Origin: Candidatus Bathyarchaeota archaeon
Lineage (GTDB): Archaea; Thermoproteota; Bathyarchaeia; Bathyarchaeales; Bathycorpusculaceae
Direction of reading: 5' to 3'
Assembly (NCBI GenBank): GCA_963772455.1
Contig: CAVYXJ010000005.1
Location: 64,001 to 128,000, forward strand
Length of the DNA stretch: 64,000 nt
In this document: positions 45,115 through 55,254 of the stretch, in pieces
How positions within the stretch are numbered: the stretch's first letter is position 1
How the letters are laid out: every line of letters begins with the position of its first letter
Made by a program: the position numbers and the translations under genes
The notes under the pieces: model-generated
What the model saw: the letters and a program-made list of their open reading frames with translations, nothing else
What the model was told of the DNA's origin: nothing
Databases searched by the model: none

Positions 45115-45744
45115 TTGCGTCCCATGGGTTGCGAGAAATATAAACCGACATACATTCTAATTGCAATAAACGTAGTCATCTACATTGCAGGTGCTATCAT
45201 TAGTGGAGATGCATTAACCACAGGCGACAGCGTTATTTTACAATGGGGGCAAGTGAACCTTTTTGTATTCCAAGGTGATTTCTGGCAACTGTTCACATCA
45301 ATTTTCATACACGCATCAATATTTCATTTAGTTGGCAACATGCTGTTCTTGCTCATATTCGGTTTGCGTGGCGAAGAATTATTTTCACTCCCGGAATACG
45401 TTGGAATCTATCTTTTGGGAGGCTTAGCAGGAAACATTCTATCTTTAGTTTTTGGAATCGGTTCTAGTAGTCTATTTGTTTCTGTTGGAGCATCAGGCGC
45501 AATCTTCTCGCTGTTTGGGGCTTGTGTGATTTATGGTAGACGTTCAGTGCGACAGTCAATTCTTGGAGCTTTAGTTTTCGCGTTCTTTCTGTTCTTCATT
45601 AATGTTGGTCCAAGTGTAAATATCTTAGCACATTTGGGAGGTTTAGTCTTCGGATTAGCCATCGGCTATGTACTTGCTGCACGACGCAAACCTGACCACC
45701 AAGAAAAAATTAGGCAATCTTATTCTACGACTATTCCGTTTTAG
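45115..45744 (+). CDS. rhomboid family intramembrane serine protease
   Basis: WQLFTSIFIH...HLVGNM, GASG and AHLGG motifs. Confidence 0.93.
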   Translation: MRPMGCEKYKPTYILIAINVVIYIAGAIISGDALTTGDSVILQWGQVNLFVFQGDFWQLFTSIFIHASIFHLVGNMLFLLIFGLRGEELFSLPEYVGIYLLGGLAGNILSLVFGIGSSSLFVSVGASGAIFSLFGACVIYGRRSVRQSILGALVFAFFLFFINVGPSVNILAHLGGLVFGLAIGYVLAARRKPDHQEKIRQSYSTTIPF

Positions 45745-46526
45745 CTACTTTGAGTGTAGACTTCAATTTTTAATTTGTTGCCATTTTTTAGACATAGCGC
45801 CTTTCTTAGACAAACAGGTGCAATTATCTCAAGCACCGAGGCGTCATAGTGACTTCGTAAAGCTGTAACCAAAGCTCCTTTAATTTCGCCGCCAATGATG
45901 ACGGGGTAACATTTTACTAAACCAAATGTGCGGTCTTCATTTTGGAATCCTTTGACTTCAATTGCTGGATAAGCATCAAGTTCCAAACGGGTCTTAATGT
46001 CATAATCCGAAGACAACTTGAGATTGAGCGTACCTGGGTATGGTTCAAAACCTAATTTTTCAATAATTTGAACGCGATAATAATCTTTTCCAATGTAATA
46101 GGCGCCTTCACCTAACCCTGTAAAGACAGTCCCTTCTAGAGTGACTGAGGGGGGATAAGATTTCTCAATCAAAACCTTTAATGCTGAATACAATTTTTGC
46201 AACTCTCGTGTACCTTGTTCTTCAATTTTGATTAGGCTACCGTCTGAAGTTATATTGCGTTGAATCCAACTTTTATGTTCAAGCTCAATTAAATAACGTG
46301 ATGCTGTTTGCTGGGATATGCCAAGTTTCTTGGCTAAGTAATCGGTTGAGATTTTAGCAACTCGTCTGTATGCACCCATTTCTGCGAGTTTTAGCAGCAT
46401 GTATAGTTGCTGCCACTCTTGCTTCTCAGTCAACACATGGGTCTCCAGTGACTTAGAGATAAGGGCTGGATATTTAAGCGGCTCGAAACCTTCTCGAGAG
46501 TTGAATAATTGAAGAAATATTTTCAA
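45741..46526 (-). CDS. ribK: CTP-dependent riboflavin kinase with N-terminal wHTH
   Basis: SQQTASR HTH, GLGEGAYY, PYPGTLN and LEIIAP motifs; true start probably ~90 nt downstream of the ORF start. Confidence 0.92.
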   Translation of the reverse strand: MKIFLQLFNSREGFEPLKYPALISKSLETHVLTEKQEWQQLYMLLKLAEMGAYRRVAKISTDYLAKKLGISQQTASRYLIELEHKSWIQRNITSDGSLIKIEEQGTRELQKLYSALKVLIEKSYPPSVTLEGTVFTGLGEGAYYIGKDYYRVQIIEKLGFEPYPGTLNLKLSSDYDIKTRLELDAYPAIEVKGFQNEDRTFGLVKCYPVIIGGEIKGALVTALRSHYDASVLEIIAPVCLRKALCLKNGNKLKIEVYTQSS

Positions 46527-46847
46527 ATAGACTTTAATCTTAAGTCTTTTGAAGATGAAAGATCAATGCGATTAATAATAATTAGAGTTAGTAAACAAAC
46601 CTTTACTAAAAAAAACTTTTTAGTCAAGAAACCTTAACGAAAACGCTTTTACAATTGATTAAGCTAGCATTGAAAAGAGAGAATTTAAAAGAAAAGTGAG
46701 ATTTGTGGCAACATACTACCTCAAAATTGATTATAAATCCACCATGAGAAATAAAGAGCAACCATGTTTCTGCACAAAATTCCAATAAACTATTCGTTGA
46801 AGTAAAGATAATTGCCATAAGAAAATAACTTTGGTAAAGGTGACCTA

Positions 46848-48134
46848 ATGTTAGTCCAACAAGTTGAATCCGTAGAGAAAGAAACAAAGGATAATTTCGT
46901 TTACCCTCAATACGACAAGTGTTGCATCTCAGAAATACCAAACACTATTCTAAACCTGCTAGGAGCAGGAAATGGAAAAACAAAACCTCAATTTGAAGAT
47001 ATCTATCAGCCAGATGGAATAAACAAAGTTGTGCTTTTAGTAATCGATGGATTCGGCTTCAAACAATTCATAAACCATCTTAAAGAAAACCGATTTTTGT
47101 TTAATCTCACAAATCAAGGTGAAATGTACCCTTTAACAAGCGTCTTTCCGTCTCAAACAACAAACGCATTAACTACCCTAAACACTGGTCTAACACCTCA
47201 GGAACACGGACTCTTCGAGTATTTCATCTATCTTAAAGACATTGGCGTCGTCAATGCATTACAATTTGAACGATTAGGTTCTAGACAACAAGACAGATTA
47301 ATAAGCAAAAGATTTGACCCAAGTATCCTCCTTTTACATAATAAAAACATTCACAACACCTTAAAACAAAAAGGAGTTAGCACCTATACACATGTTAACG
47401 CATTAAATGCCTTCAACGTCTTATCAAAATTAATTTTCAATGGAAGCAAAATTTTTCCATCAATAAAAGCTTCTGATACAATTGTTAGACTCAGAAAAAA
47501 TATTGAAGAAAACATCGGCAAGGGCGCTTATTTTTTTGTACATTTAGATACACTTGACACTATTGCACATGAATATGGACCAGACAGTTACGAATATTCG
47601 GCTGAACTATCATCGATAACTTATTTATTAAATCGGGAATTAGTGCAAAAGTTGGATACAAAAGCAGCCAAAGAAACGTTGCTTTTAGTAACTGCTGACC
47701 ATGGGGGTTTGAACATTGATCCAAAAGAAACAATTTATCTCAATTGTTTACCTAAGGCAATATTGAATTTGCAAGTTGGTAAAAATCAAAAACCAATCAT
47801 GCCAATAGGTGGTCCCCGAGAACTATTTCTTCATATTAAAGAAGACAAAATTGTTGAAACTAAAGAGTGGCTAATTCAAAAAATTGGTAATAAAGCCCAA
47901 ATCATTGAAACTAAACAAGCTGTGGAAAAAGGTTTGTTTGGTGTGGGCATTCCGGATAGAGAAGTCGTTGAAAGAACAGGAAATATAATGATTTTGCCAT
48001 ATAGAAACGAAACAGTTTGGTATGAGAACTCGGATGTTAACAGAATACGTTTTCTTGGACAGCACGGAGGGTTGCATGAAGAAGAAATGCGTGTTCCGTT
48101 TACAATAACTAAGCTCAGTAACTTAAAAAAATAG
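46848..48134 (+). CDS. alkaline phosphatase superfamily / nucleotide pyrophosphatase-phosphodiesterase
   Basis: IDGFG, SVFPSQT, DTIAHEYG, TADHG and GQHGG motifs. Confidence 0.85.
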   Translation: MLVQQVESVEKETKDNFVYPQYDKCCISEIPNTILNLLGAGNGKTKPQFEDIYQPDGINKVVLLVIDGFGFKQFINHLKENRFLFNLTNQGEMYPLTSVFPSQTTNALTTLNTGLTPQEHGLFEYFIYLKDIGVVNALQFERLGSRQQDRLISKRFDPSILLLHNKNIHNTLKQKGVSTYTHVNALNAFNVLSKLIFNGSKIFPSIKASDTIVRLRKNIEENIGKGAYFFVHLDTLDTIAHEYGPDSYEYSAELSSITYLLNRELVQKLDTKAAKETLLLVTADHGGLNIDPKETIYLNCLPKAILNLQVGKNQKPIMPIGGPRELFLHIKEDKIVETKEWLIQKIGNKAQIIETKQAVEKGLFGVGIPDREVVERTGNIMILPYRNETVWYENSDVNRIRFLGQHGGLHEEEMRVPFTITKLSNLKK

Positions 48135-48293
48135 CAACCTGAAGGAAAAGTTTGCTCAAATAAGATAGTAAGTGCGGATATGTTGATATTACCAACTATT
48201 GGTAGAAACCAAACCACTAAATCTTCGCCTACCTTATGCTTTATTTTAGTCTAGGAAAACGGGGGCTTAACTATAGCAAACGTCTTCGATGAA

Positions 48294-49001
48294 ATGGGAG
48301 TTTACTGGGCAGAAATAGCCGAAAAGAACCAAACAGAACGACAAGTCCAATTTTTAAAAAACCATCTTAAACCTAATGAATACGTGTTAGACCTTGCATG
48401 CGGGTCAGGGAGGCATTCAACCGCGTTAACTGCCAATGGATATAATATGGTCGGTTTGGATGCCTCACTAAAGCTTCTTAAAATTGCCAAGCAACGTTCC
48501 CAAGATATAGTCGTTGTTCGGGGAGATATTCGCTTTTTGCCTTTCAAAACAGGCACTTTTACAGCTTCAGTGAGTGTTGACACGAGTTTTGGATACTTAC
48601 CTTCTGATGCAGATGACCGAGTCAGCCTAATTGAAGTGCGGAGGGTTATGCATCAAGGAGGTCTGTTAATGATGGATGTCTTTAACCGAGAGTATTTAAC
48701 CCTAAAATACAGAGGAAAAAATAATTCAACCAAGAAAAAGGATTACCCAAATTTTGTGCTCCAACAAAAAAGAACCATAAGTAACACGGGTGATTGGCTT
48801 TGTGATTTGTGGACTATTACCGTCAAGGGAAATCGAAAAGTCAGGGTTTTTGAACATAAGGTTCGTTTATACAAACGGAATAAGTTGAAGAGTTTGCTTG
48901 AAGCATCTCATTTTAAAATTAATAAAGTTCTTGGGAACTATGGAGAAGAAGGCTTTAATGAAAATTCTCAACGTCTAATCTTTCTAGCAGTAGCAGAATA
49001 A
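48294..49001 (+). CDS. class I SAM-dependent methyltransferase
   Basis: VLDLACGSGRH, GLDAS and GDIRFLPF motifs. Confidence 0.9.
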   Translation: MGVYWAEIAEKNQTERQVQFLKNHLKPNEYVLDLACGSGRHSTALTANGYNMVGLDASLKLLKIAKQRSQDIVVVRGDIRFLPFKTGTFTASVSVDTSFGYLPSDADDRVSLIEVRRVMHQGGLLMMDVFNREYLTLKYRGKNNSTKKKDYPNFVLQQKRTISNTGDWLCDLWTITVKGNRKVRVFEHKVRLYKRNKLKSLLEASHFKINKVLGNYGEEGFNENSQRLIFLAVAE

Positions 49002-49098
49002 TTTTGGTCATCTGTTTTTAGGATGGTTGAGTTGATTTAGCGCAAAAAAGTTATAAGAGCCTATAAAGACACATTGAAGAATCAGATAGTGACAACTT

Positions 49099-50088
49099 AT
49101 GAACGCTTGGAAACTTCGGCTTTCAATGGCTGCAACCTTGGCCGTAATATTTGGATTAACCACTCTTGTATTTACTATTGTTTTAACATTGGCTGGAATA
49201 GGCCTGAGTTTGTATACCATTGGAATATTCGTTGTAATTCTCAACATAGCCCAATGGCTGTTGTCACCCTACCTTGTAGGCTGGATTTACAAAGTTAAAG
49301 AAATGCCACAAAATGAAAACCTCAATATTCACCAGATGATCACAGATTTAAGCCAGAAAAGCGGCATATCTAAGCCAAAACTAATGCTATCACAAATTCC
49401 ACTGCCCAACGCATTCGCGTATGGTTCACCATTAACTGGAAGCAGAGTTGCAATTACTCAGGGACTTTTAAAGAATCTTGATGACGGGGAAGTTGAAGCG
49501 GTTTTAGGACATGAACTTGGTCATCTAAAACACCGCGATGTACAAGTCATGATGGTAGTTTCATTCCTACCTGCATTGTTCTACTATATTGGCTACTCTC
49601 TTATGCTCTCAGGGATGTTTGGAGGGGGAGAACGCAAAAACGAAGGAGGAGGAAATAACGCATTATTTGGCATCGCATTCATGGCTTTCTCATGGGTGCT
49701 TACACTATTTACATTGTATCTGAGTCGTTTACGTGAATATTACGCTGATAGACACAGCGCCCAAATCGTTGAAAATGGTGCACAAAAACTCTCCACAGGC
49801 TTGATCACAATCGTACAAGAAAGCAAACATACAGTAAAACAAAATAACCAAAAGAAAAGCAGCAGTTCTTACAAAGCCCTTTTCATCGCTGACCCGGACC
49901 GCGCAAATGTAGACGCAGCAGAACTAAATGCAAACCGCATAACAAACAAGCAAGACCTTCTACGTGAAACACTTTCAAAACAACCCACATCAGTTGACAA
50001 TTTCGCTGAAGTCTTCTCAACCCACCCAAACATTATCAAGCGATTAAGGGCACTGCAAGAACTCAGCCAGAATCCATCAACTTACTAA
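49099..50088 (+). CDS. htpX: zinc metalloprotease HtpX (M48)
   Basis: PNAFAYG, HELGH, SRLREYYAD and STHP motifs. Confidence 0.93.
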   Translation: MNAWKLRLSMAATLAVIFGLTTLVFTIVLTLAGIGLSLYTIGIFVVILNIAQWLLSPYLVGWIYKVKEMPQNENLNIHQMITDLSQKSGISKPKLMLSQIPLPNAFAYGSPLTGSRVAITQGLLKNLDDGEVEAVLGHELGHLKHRDVQVMMVVSFLPALFYYIGYSLMLSGMFGGGERKNEGGGNNALFGIAFMAFSWVLTLFTLYLSRLREYYADRHSAQIVENGAQKLSTGLITIVQESKHTVKQNNQKKSSSSYKALFIADPDRANVDAAELNANRITNKQDLLRETLSKQPTSVDNFAEVFSTHPNIIKRLRALQELSQNPSTY

Positions 50089-50732
50089 AAAAATATTCTT
50101 TCATTTCTACTGTTCAAAAAAGGATTAGATTTCTTTTCTTGAGCAATAATTGAAATCTCACCGTGACCAGGATACACTAACAAGTTCAAGGGCAACTCCA
50201 TCAGTTTTTTTAAAGAATTCCTCATTTCGCTCATGGAACCACCTGGAAAGTCAGTTCTCCCGATTCCACCTGCAAATAGTGTGTCGCCTGTAAAAACAAG
50301 TTTTTCACCAACAAGACATATACTTCCAGGTGTGTGTCCAGGAGTGTGAAGAACTTTGAGAGTCTCGTTGCCAACTTTAATAAGACTGCTATCATTTAAC
50401 AGAGAATTCGGGGGAAAACTATTTTTTTCTAAGTCTTTGATAAAATTTTCATCAAGATTATGAATGCATATGGGAACGTTGAACTTTTTCTGGAAAAATG
50501 CATCACCTTGGATGTGATCGTCGTGTCCATGGGTGTTTACTATAGCCGTGATTATCAATTTTTTGGTAGTGATATAATTTAGAATTGGTTCGGTTTCAGA
50601 AGAAAGTTCAAGTCCTGGATCAATTATGATTGCTTCTTTGGTTTCTTGGGAAATTGCAACGTAACAATTGGTTGATAGCATACCAACAGTGAAGGTTTCA
50701 ACGAGCATACAAATCGACATGAAAATAATCAT
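50085..50732 (-). CDS. MBL-fold metallo-hydrolase (glyoxalase II-like)
   Basis: THGHDDH, HTPGHTPG, FTGDTLF, GRTD and PGHG motifs. Confidence 0.92.
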   Translation of the reverse strand: MIIFMSICMLVETFTVGMLSTNCYVAISQETKEAIIIDPGLELSSETEPILNYITTKKLIITAIVNTHGHDDHIQGDAFFQKKFNVPICIHNLDENFIKDLEKNSFPPNSLLNDSSLIKVGNETLKVLHTPGHTPGSICLVGEKLVFTGDTLFAGGIGRTDFPGGSMSEMRNSLKKLMELPLNLLVYPGHGEISIIAQEKKSNPFLNSRNERIFF

Positions 50733-50822
50733 TGGTAACCAAAATAAAGTGTTCGCTTTAGCGCTGCTTAGTGTCTGTTTTATTTCACATTGAAAAGATT
50801 GAGTTAAAACGTGAAATATCGA

Positions 50823-51068
50823 TTAAGAGTCGGAGGTCTGGAAGCCAGTGACTTTTATTGTGCTTCGACATTTGGCGCAAATGATAACTAATTCTGCTAG
50901 TTCGTCATTGACAACTGTGGTATCTAAAATTTCGTAGTTTTCCTCTGATTCGTCGTCTGGAGATATTTGTAATTTGCATTTGGGACATTCGAACGAGCCA
51001 TCGCCTTCAAGAATAGCCAAATCTACTTTGTATACAGAAGCTTTTTTGTCCAGCTTTTTCATCATCAT
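50823..51068 (-). CDS. small zinc-ribbon protein
   Basis: GDGSFECPKC...ISPDD...CAKC; GAGTGA SD-like motif upstream. Confidence 0.7.
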   Translation of the reverse strand: MMMKKLDKKASVYKVDLAILEGDGSFECPKCKLQISPDDESEENYEILDTTVVNDELAELVIICAKCRSTIKVTGFQTSDS

Positions 51069-51209
51069 GTTACTTCACTCTTTTTCTTTAAATTTTTATT
51101 GACCGTTTTAATTAAATAACGATTATGAATTTCTATTCAATATGTGAGCTCCATTTAAAAGCTTGACGCAAAAAAAAGGATAAATTAGTGTTTTACACGC
51201 CATTTTTAT

Positions 51210-53117
51210 TTATGTCTCTGCTTGTTTTTCAAAGTTTTCAGGAGAAATGTAATCGCCATACATCTCCTTTGCTACAACCAAACGTTCTCTCTGCAAATAT
51301 AGAATACCGAACATTTCAAGCGGTGTATCTATGACGTTTTCTTGGTAAAACCTTTGCACTCTCTCAATCTTTGCCAAGTTTTCTTGAACGCGTATGGTGA
51401 ATTGTTTGTTGTATTCTTCTTTTGAGTAGTTTTTGTTAAGGACAGATTTGAAGAGTTTTTTGAGGTCTTCATATTTGGGTATGTATCCTGTGGGTGTTTT
51501 TAGTGCGCCGACTTCGTTGTGTACGCGGAGTTCCATCCATTTTATCCATACGTGTTTGTCTTGAGGGCTGTTGAGATATTTGTCGGTGCCAACTTCTTTG
51601 AGGAAATAGTTGACGCCAAAAACTATTGGTCGCTTTTTGAGTTTACGTCCAAAGTCTAGGTTGTTGTGGACGTTCTTGCCCATAGGAATTGAAATGAAGT
51701 CTTGTATGCTCATCATGTTGATTTCTGGTACGCCTTCTTTGCCAATGGTAGCGAATGTAGTTTCCGTTTCTAAGGATGCACCATATGCGACTATACCGTG
51801 GTCCCAATTGAAACTTTGTTGTACAGGAACATACGCTTTCACGTCCCGTCCGCCATACATTATGCCACTGAGTTCGACGCCGTTTGGATTGTCAAGTTCT
51901 GGATCAACATTTTCAAGCGCTTTTAGGGCTACTGCGTATCGGGCGTTTTTGTTTGCTACTGGAATGTCGTTGCCGTTTTCATCTTTCTTTCCTTCGTACC
52001 ATGTGCCTGTGTAGTTGCAACCTTCTTTAGGAAGCTCCTGACCCATGCCCAGCCAATATGGTTTGCCATCTTTCACCAGAATGTTGGAGAAAATAATTTC
52101 GCCTGGATTTGTTAGAACTTTCCAGATTAATGCATCATCTCTTGAATTCACGTCTTGTATTATACCGAAGATTCCTGACTCAACGTTAACTGCGCGTGCG
52201 GCTGAGTCGATATCTCGTATGTAAGCGATGTCATCGCCAAGTATGGTTTCACCTGGAAGCATTGCAGTTGAGGTTTTGCCACATGCACTTGGGAAAGCGC
52301 CTGCAAAGTAGGTTTTGCGTCCGCCTGGACCAAACACTCCCATAAGGAGCATGTGCTCTGCAAGCCAACCCTCACTGCTGGCTTTTCGGATGGCTAAACG
52401 GAAAGCAAGTTTTTTGAAGCCCACACTGTTACCTGCGTATTGGGTGTTAACGCTGTAAATGGTGTTGTCCATATGGTCGATGTAGATGCGTTTTTTATTG
52501 TAGTCCACGCTGACATTGTCGCTGTTGAGTTTCCCAGCTGAGTGCAAGACACGAAGGAAGTCACTTTTGGTTCCTGCCTTGACAAATTGCTCGTATCCCG
52601 GTCTGTAAAGTAACGATTCAGAATGCGCTACATACCATGAGTCGGTGCATTGTAAACCCAGAATTGTGAATTTTGAGTCAGCGGGTCCGAGGGCGATGAA
52701 GCGCACTACCATCGTTTTGCCAATCATGGAACCACGGAGTGTCCCCATAACTTCAAGGAGTCCTTCTTGGCGATCCATTTGGTTAAGGGCTTTGCTTAGT
52801 ATGATTCCTTTGGGCACGAGGTATTTGGTGGCTTGGCGGTCACGTCCTTGATCCTGTTCGCCGTCAAAGTGAACAGTGTGACCGGGTATTGTGAGGATTG
52901 CTTGTTCTTCGCCTGTAGCTATTGCTTGTTTACGCACAAACGCTATGTCATCGACCGAGTCGCTGCATATGAAGATTTTTTCTGGGTGACATAGGTCACT
53001 TTCTTTTGCGATGAATTCGTGTACGTTGGGGTTATCTATTGCGCTTAGTTTTTGGAAGTCTTTAGGACTTAATTTGGGTTGTAATGCTTCAAGGTACGGA
53101 TTCATAATAATCATCAT
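51210..53117 (-). CDS. pckG: phosphoenolpyruvate carboxykinase (GTP)
   Basis: YAGNSVGFKK, WLAEHM, FPSACGKTS, GDDIAY, KNARY and FGVNYF motifs. Confidence 0.95.
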   Translation of the reverse strand: MMIIMNPYLEALQPKLSPKDFQKLSAIDNPNVHEFIAKESDLCHPEKIFICSDSVDDIAFVRKQAIATGEEQAILTIPGHTVHFDGEQDQGRDRQATKYLVPKGIILSKALNQMDRQEGLLEVMGTLRGSMIGKTMVVRFIALGPADSKFTILGLQCTDSWYVAHSESLLYRPGYEQFVKAGTKSDFLRVLHSAGKLNSDNVSVDYNKKRIYIDHMDNTIYSVNTQYAGNSVGFKKLAFRLAIRKASSEGWLAEHMLLMGVFGPGGRKTYFAGAFPSACGKTSTAMLPGETILGDDIAYIRDIDSAARAVNVESGIFGIIQDVNSRDDALIWKVLTNPGEIIFSNILVKDGKPYWLGMGQELPKEGCNYTGTWYEGKKDENGNDIPVANKNARYAVALKALENVDPELDNPNGVELSGIMYGGRDVKAYVPVQQSFNWDHGIVAYGASLETETTFATIGKEGVPEINMMSIQDFISIPMGKNVHNNLDFGRKLKKRPIVFGVNYFLKEVGTDKYLNSPQDKHVWIKWMELRVHNEVGALKTPTGYIPKYEDLKKLFKSVLNKNYSKEEYNKQFTIRVQENLAKIERVQRFYQENVIDTPLEMFGILYLQRERLVVAKEMYGDYISPENFEKQAET

Positions 53118-53121
53118 ACTC

Positions 53122-54096
53122 CTAAAGTTCGTTTACTCTTCCAGGTACACGTGGAAAGGGTTGACATTCAGCAATGTGCTTAACTCCTGTTATCCAGCCG
53201 ACTAAGCGTTCCATGCCTATGCCTGCACCAGCGGTAGGTTTAAGCCTGCCTTCGTTAGCCATCTTCAAAACTAAGGTATAGTTTTCTTTTTTGACTTGGT
53301 CGCGCTCAATTTTAGTTAGGATCTTAGAATATTCATACTCGCGTCTGGCACCTGAGAGAACTTCACCAAATTGAGGCAAGAAAAGGTCATAGTTGTCCCA
53401 TTTGCCTGTTTTAAAGTCCTCAAAATCATAGAATTCTCTGGGGATGTTCGTTACCCACACCGGTTCGGTTATTTCATTTGTAATTCCAATTTCCCATTCT
53501 TTACCGTATTTTGCTTCAAGTTCGACACGGTCATAGATTTTGAACGGCGTTTTTGGCTCTTTAAGAGTTTCACATCGACATAAGGTGGTTAATTCACTCT
53601 TCATTTCAGACTTTAAGTCTTTAACCAAAGTAACTATCGCAGCTTCAACTAAATCAAAAATGTCTTTGGAGGATGCACCTTGAGCTTCAAAGTCTAATTG
53701 GGTAAACTCATAAATGTGCCTACCAGTTTTTGCGCGTTCTGCTTTTTCGATGCGGATGTTGGGCGAGAGAATGAATAGTTTGGGGTAGGCAGTTGAAGCT
53801 GCAATGAGTTTATGAATGATCATGCTGGCAGTCGTTCGAACTGGTTTGCCATAAATGTCGACTTCTATTCTTTTCTCTATGGACGCTCCTGGGTCAGGCC
53901 AGAGAGGGTCGGTGCTTTGGCTTAATGCCACTGGTAACAACCATTGAAATCCTCTATTTACATATGTTGAAGTGAGGCTTTTTAATGTGTAAGTCATGAT
54001 TTTGCCTATGCAGGCTTTTCTCTCAATTTCCGAAGCCGTCAGTTGGTCCAACGGTTTGGGAATTTCCATTAAATCTTGTTTTGACATTTTGATCAC
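53122..54096 (-). CDS. asnA: archaeal asparagine synthetase A (AsnRS-catalytic-domain paralogue)
   Basis: TDPLWPD, SMIIHK, SPNIRIE, HIYEFTQLDFE, EVLSGARREYEY and GAGIGMERL; no anticodon-binding domain. Confidence 0.9.
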   Translation of the reverse strand: MIKMSKQDLMEIPKPLDQLTASEIERKACIGKIMTYTLKSLTSTYVNRGFQWLLPVALSQSTDPLWPDPGASIEKRIEVDIYGKPVRTTASMIIHKLIAASTAYPKLFILSPNIRIEKAERAKTGRHIYEFTQLDFEAQGASSKDIFDLVEAAIVTLVKDLKSEMKSELTTLCRCETLKEPKTPFKIYDRVELEAKYGKEWEIGITNEITEPVWVTNIPREFYDFEDFKTGKWDNYDLFLPQFGEVLSGARREYEYSKILTKIERDQVKKENYTLVLKMANEGRLKPTAGAGIGMERLVGWITGVKHIAECQPFPRVPGRVNEL

Positions 54097-54196
54097 TGTG
54101 AATTTGTTATCGTGTACACAGTGCGGGGCGAGTAATAAATTTTATACAACAAAACATAGATTATTTACAACTAATTCAAGTTTTTATACTGGAAAC

Positions 54197-54211
54197 ATGT
54201 AATATTTACAT
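54197..54211. promoter_or_regulatory. FFRP/Lrp-type palindromic operator candidate
   Basis: aTGTAA-TAT-TTACAt lies between a TTTTATA box (54182) and the lrp ATG (54212). Confidence 0.55.
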
Positions 54212-54721
54212 ATGAGCGTTAAACTGGACGAAAAAGACCTTGCTATACTCACCCTTATTCAAGAGAATAGTAAACTGACTGCCAATCAAATAGCCAAAAA
54301 AATCAATGCACCGATTACGACAGTTTTCGCTAAAACCAAACGTATGGAAGAAATGGGGATAATAAAACAATATCGCGCAATACTTTCATCCGAAAAACTC
54401 AATCTTAGCACCGCAGCTTTCATCTTAGCCTCTGTCTCCTATAGAGCAAAAAACGAAGATGAAACTCCAATTTCGCAGCGGCAAGTGGCAGAAGAAATTG
54501 CTCGCTTCCCAGAAGTTCAGGAAGTCCATATAATTACGGGGGATTGGGATTTGTTAGTTAAACTGCGTGCTGAGAACGTTGATGCTGTAGGTAAGTTTGT
54601 GGTTGACAAGTTGCGGCTTATCAAGGGCCTAGATAAGACTTTAACATGCATGGTTTTCGAAACTGTAAAGGAATCAACAAGCCTTCCTCAGACATTTAGG
54701 AAAAGCCTATTGAAACCATAG
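54212..54721 (+). CDS. Lrp/AsnC family transcriptional regulator
   Basis: LDEKDLAILTLIQENSK HTH and EVHIITGDWDLLVK RAM domain; divergent from asnA. Confidence 0.93.
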   Translation: MSVKLDEKDLAILTLIQENSKLTANQIAKKINAPITTVFAKTKRMEEMGIIKQYRAILSSEKLNLSTAAFILASVSYRAKNEDETPISQRQVAEEIARFPEVQEVHIITGDWDLLVKLRAENVDAVGKFVVDKLRLIKGLDKTLTCMVFETVKESTSLPQTFRKSLLKP

Positions 54722-54725
54722 TTAG

Positions 54726-55154
54726 TTAAGTTGAACTAGAATAGTATAGCAAGGGCAAAGCGAGAAGCACGGTATTTTTTCCTTTAGAAGTCAAAGAATA
54801 CTCTACCCGAAGAGGTGGTCCATCTGTGACCTTTCGATTAATGTAGCCGTGGATTTGCAACATCTTAAGTTTGTCTGAGAGGGTTCTTGAGTTGACGCCC
54901 AAGATTCTTTTTATTCCTCCAAAACCAATTGCATCTTTAAGAATAAGGGTATATAGGATTTCCAGGCTCCACTTTTGGAAAAGCAGGTTAAAAGTATCCT
55001 GAAGGCTTTCCAATTCGTCTTTAAGTTCGGTCGGAGTGATTTTCTGTTTCAATATGATTGCATTAAAAGTCTCTTCTATGCCGTGAAGAACCTGATTCAT
55101 TCGAGCTTCCACTATCTTGCGAAAGTCCGCGCTCAACGTTAGGGGGGCACTCAT
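54726..55154 (-). CDS. HxlR-family winged-helix regulator
   Basis: KWSLEIL, NSRTLSDKLK and PPLRVEYSLTSKG motifs. Confidence 0.9.
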   Translation of the reverse strand: MSAPLTLSADFRKIVEARMNQVLHGIEETFNAIILKQKITPTELKDELESLQDTFNLLFQKWSLEILYTLILKDAIGFGGIKRILGVNSRTLSDKLKMLQIHGYINRKVTDGPPLRVEYSLTSKGKNTVLLALPLLYYSSST

Positions 55155-55254
55155 GGGCTTACACTTGGTGTAGTTTTGCTCACTTAATAATTTATTAAGC
55201 TTTACATATACAACAAGGTATACAAAGTAAAGTTGATTTGGAGAAATAAATCAA

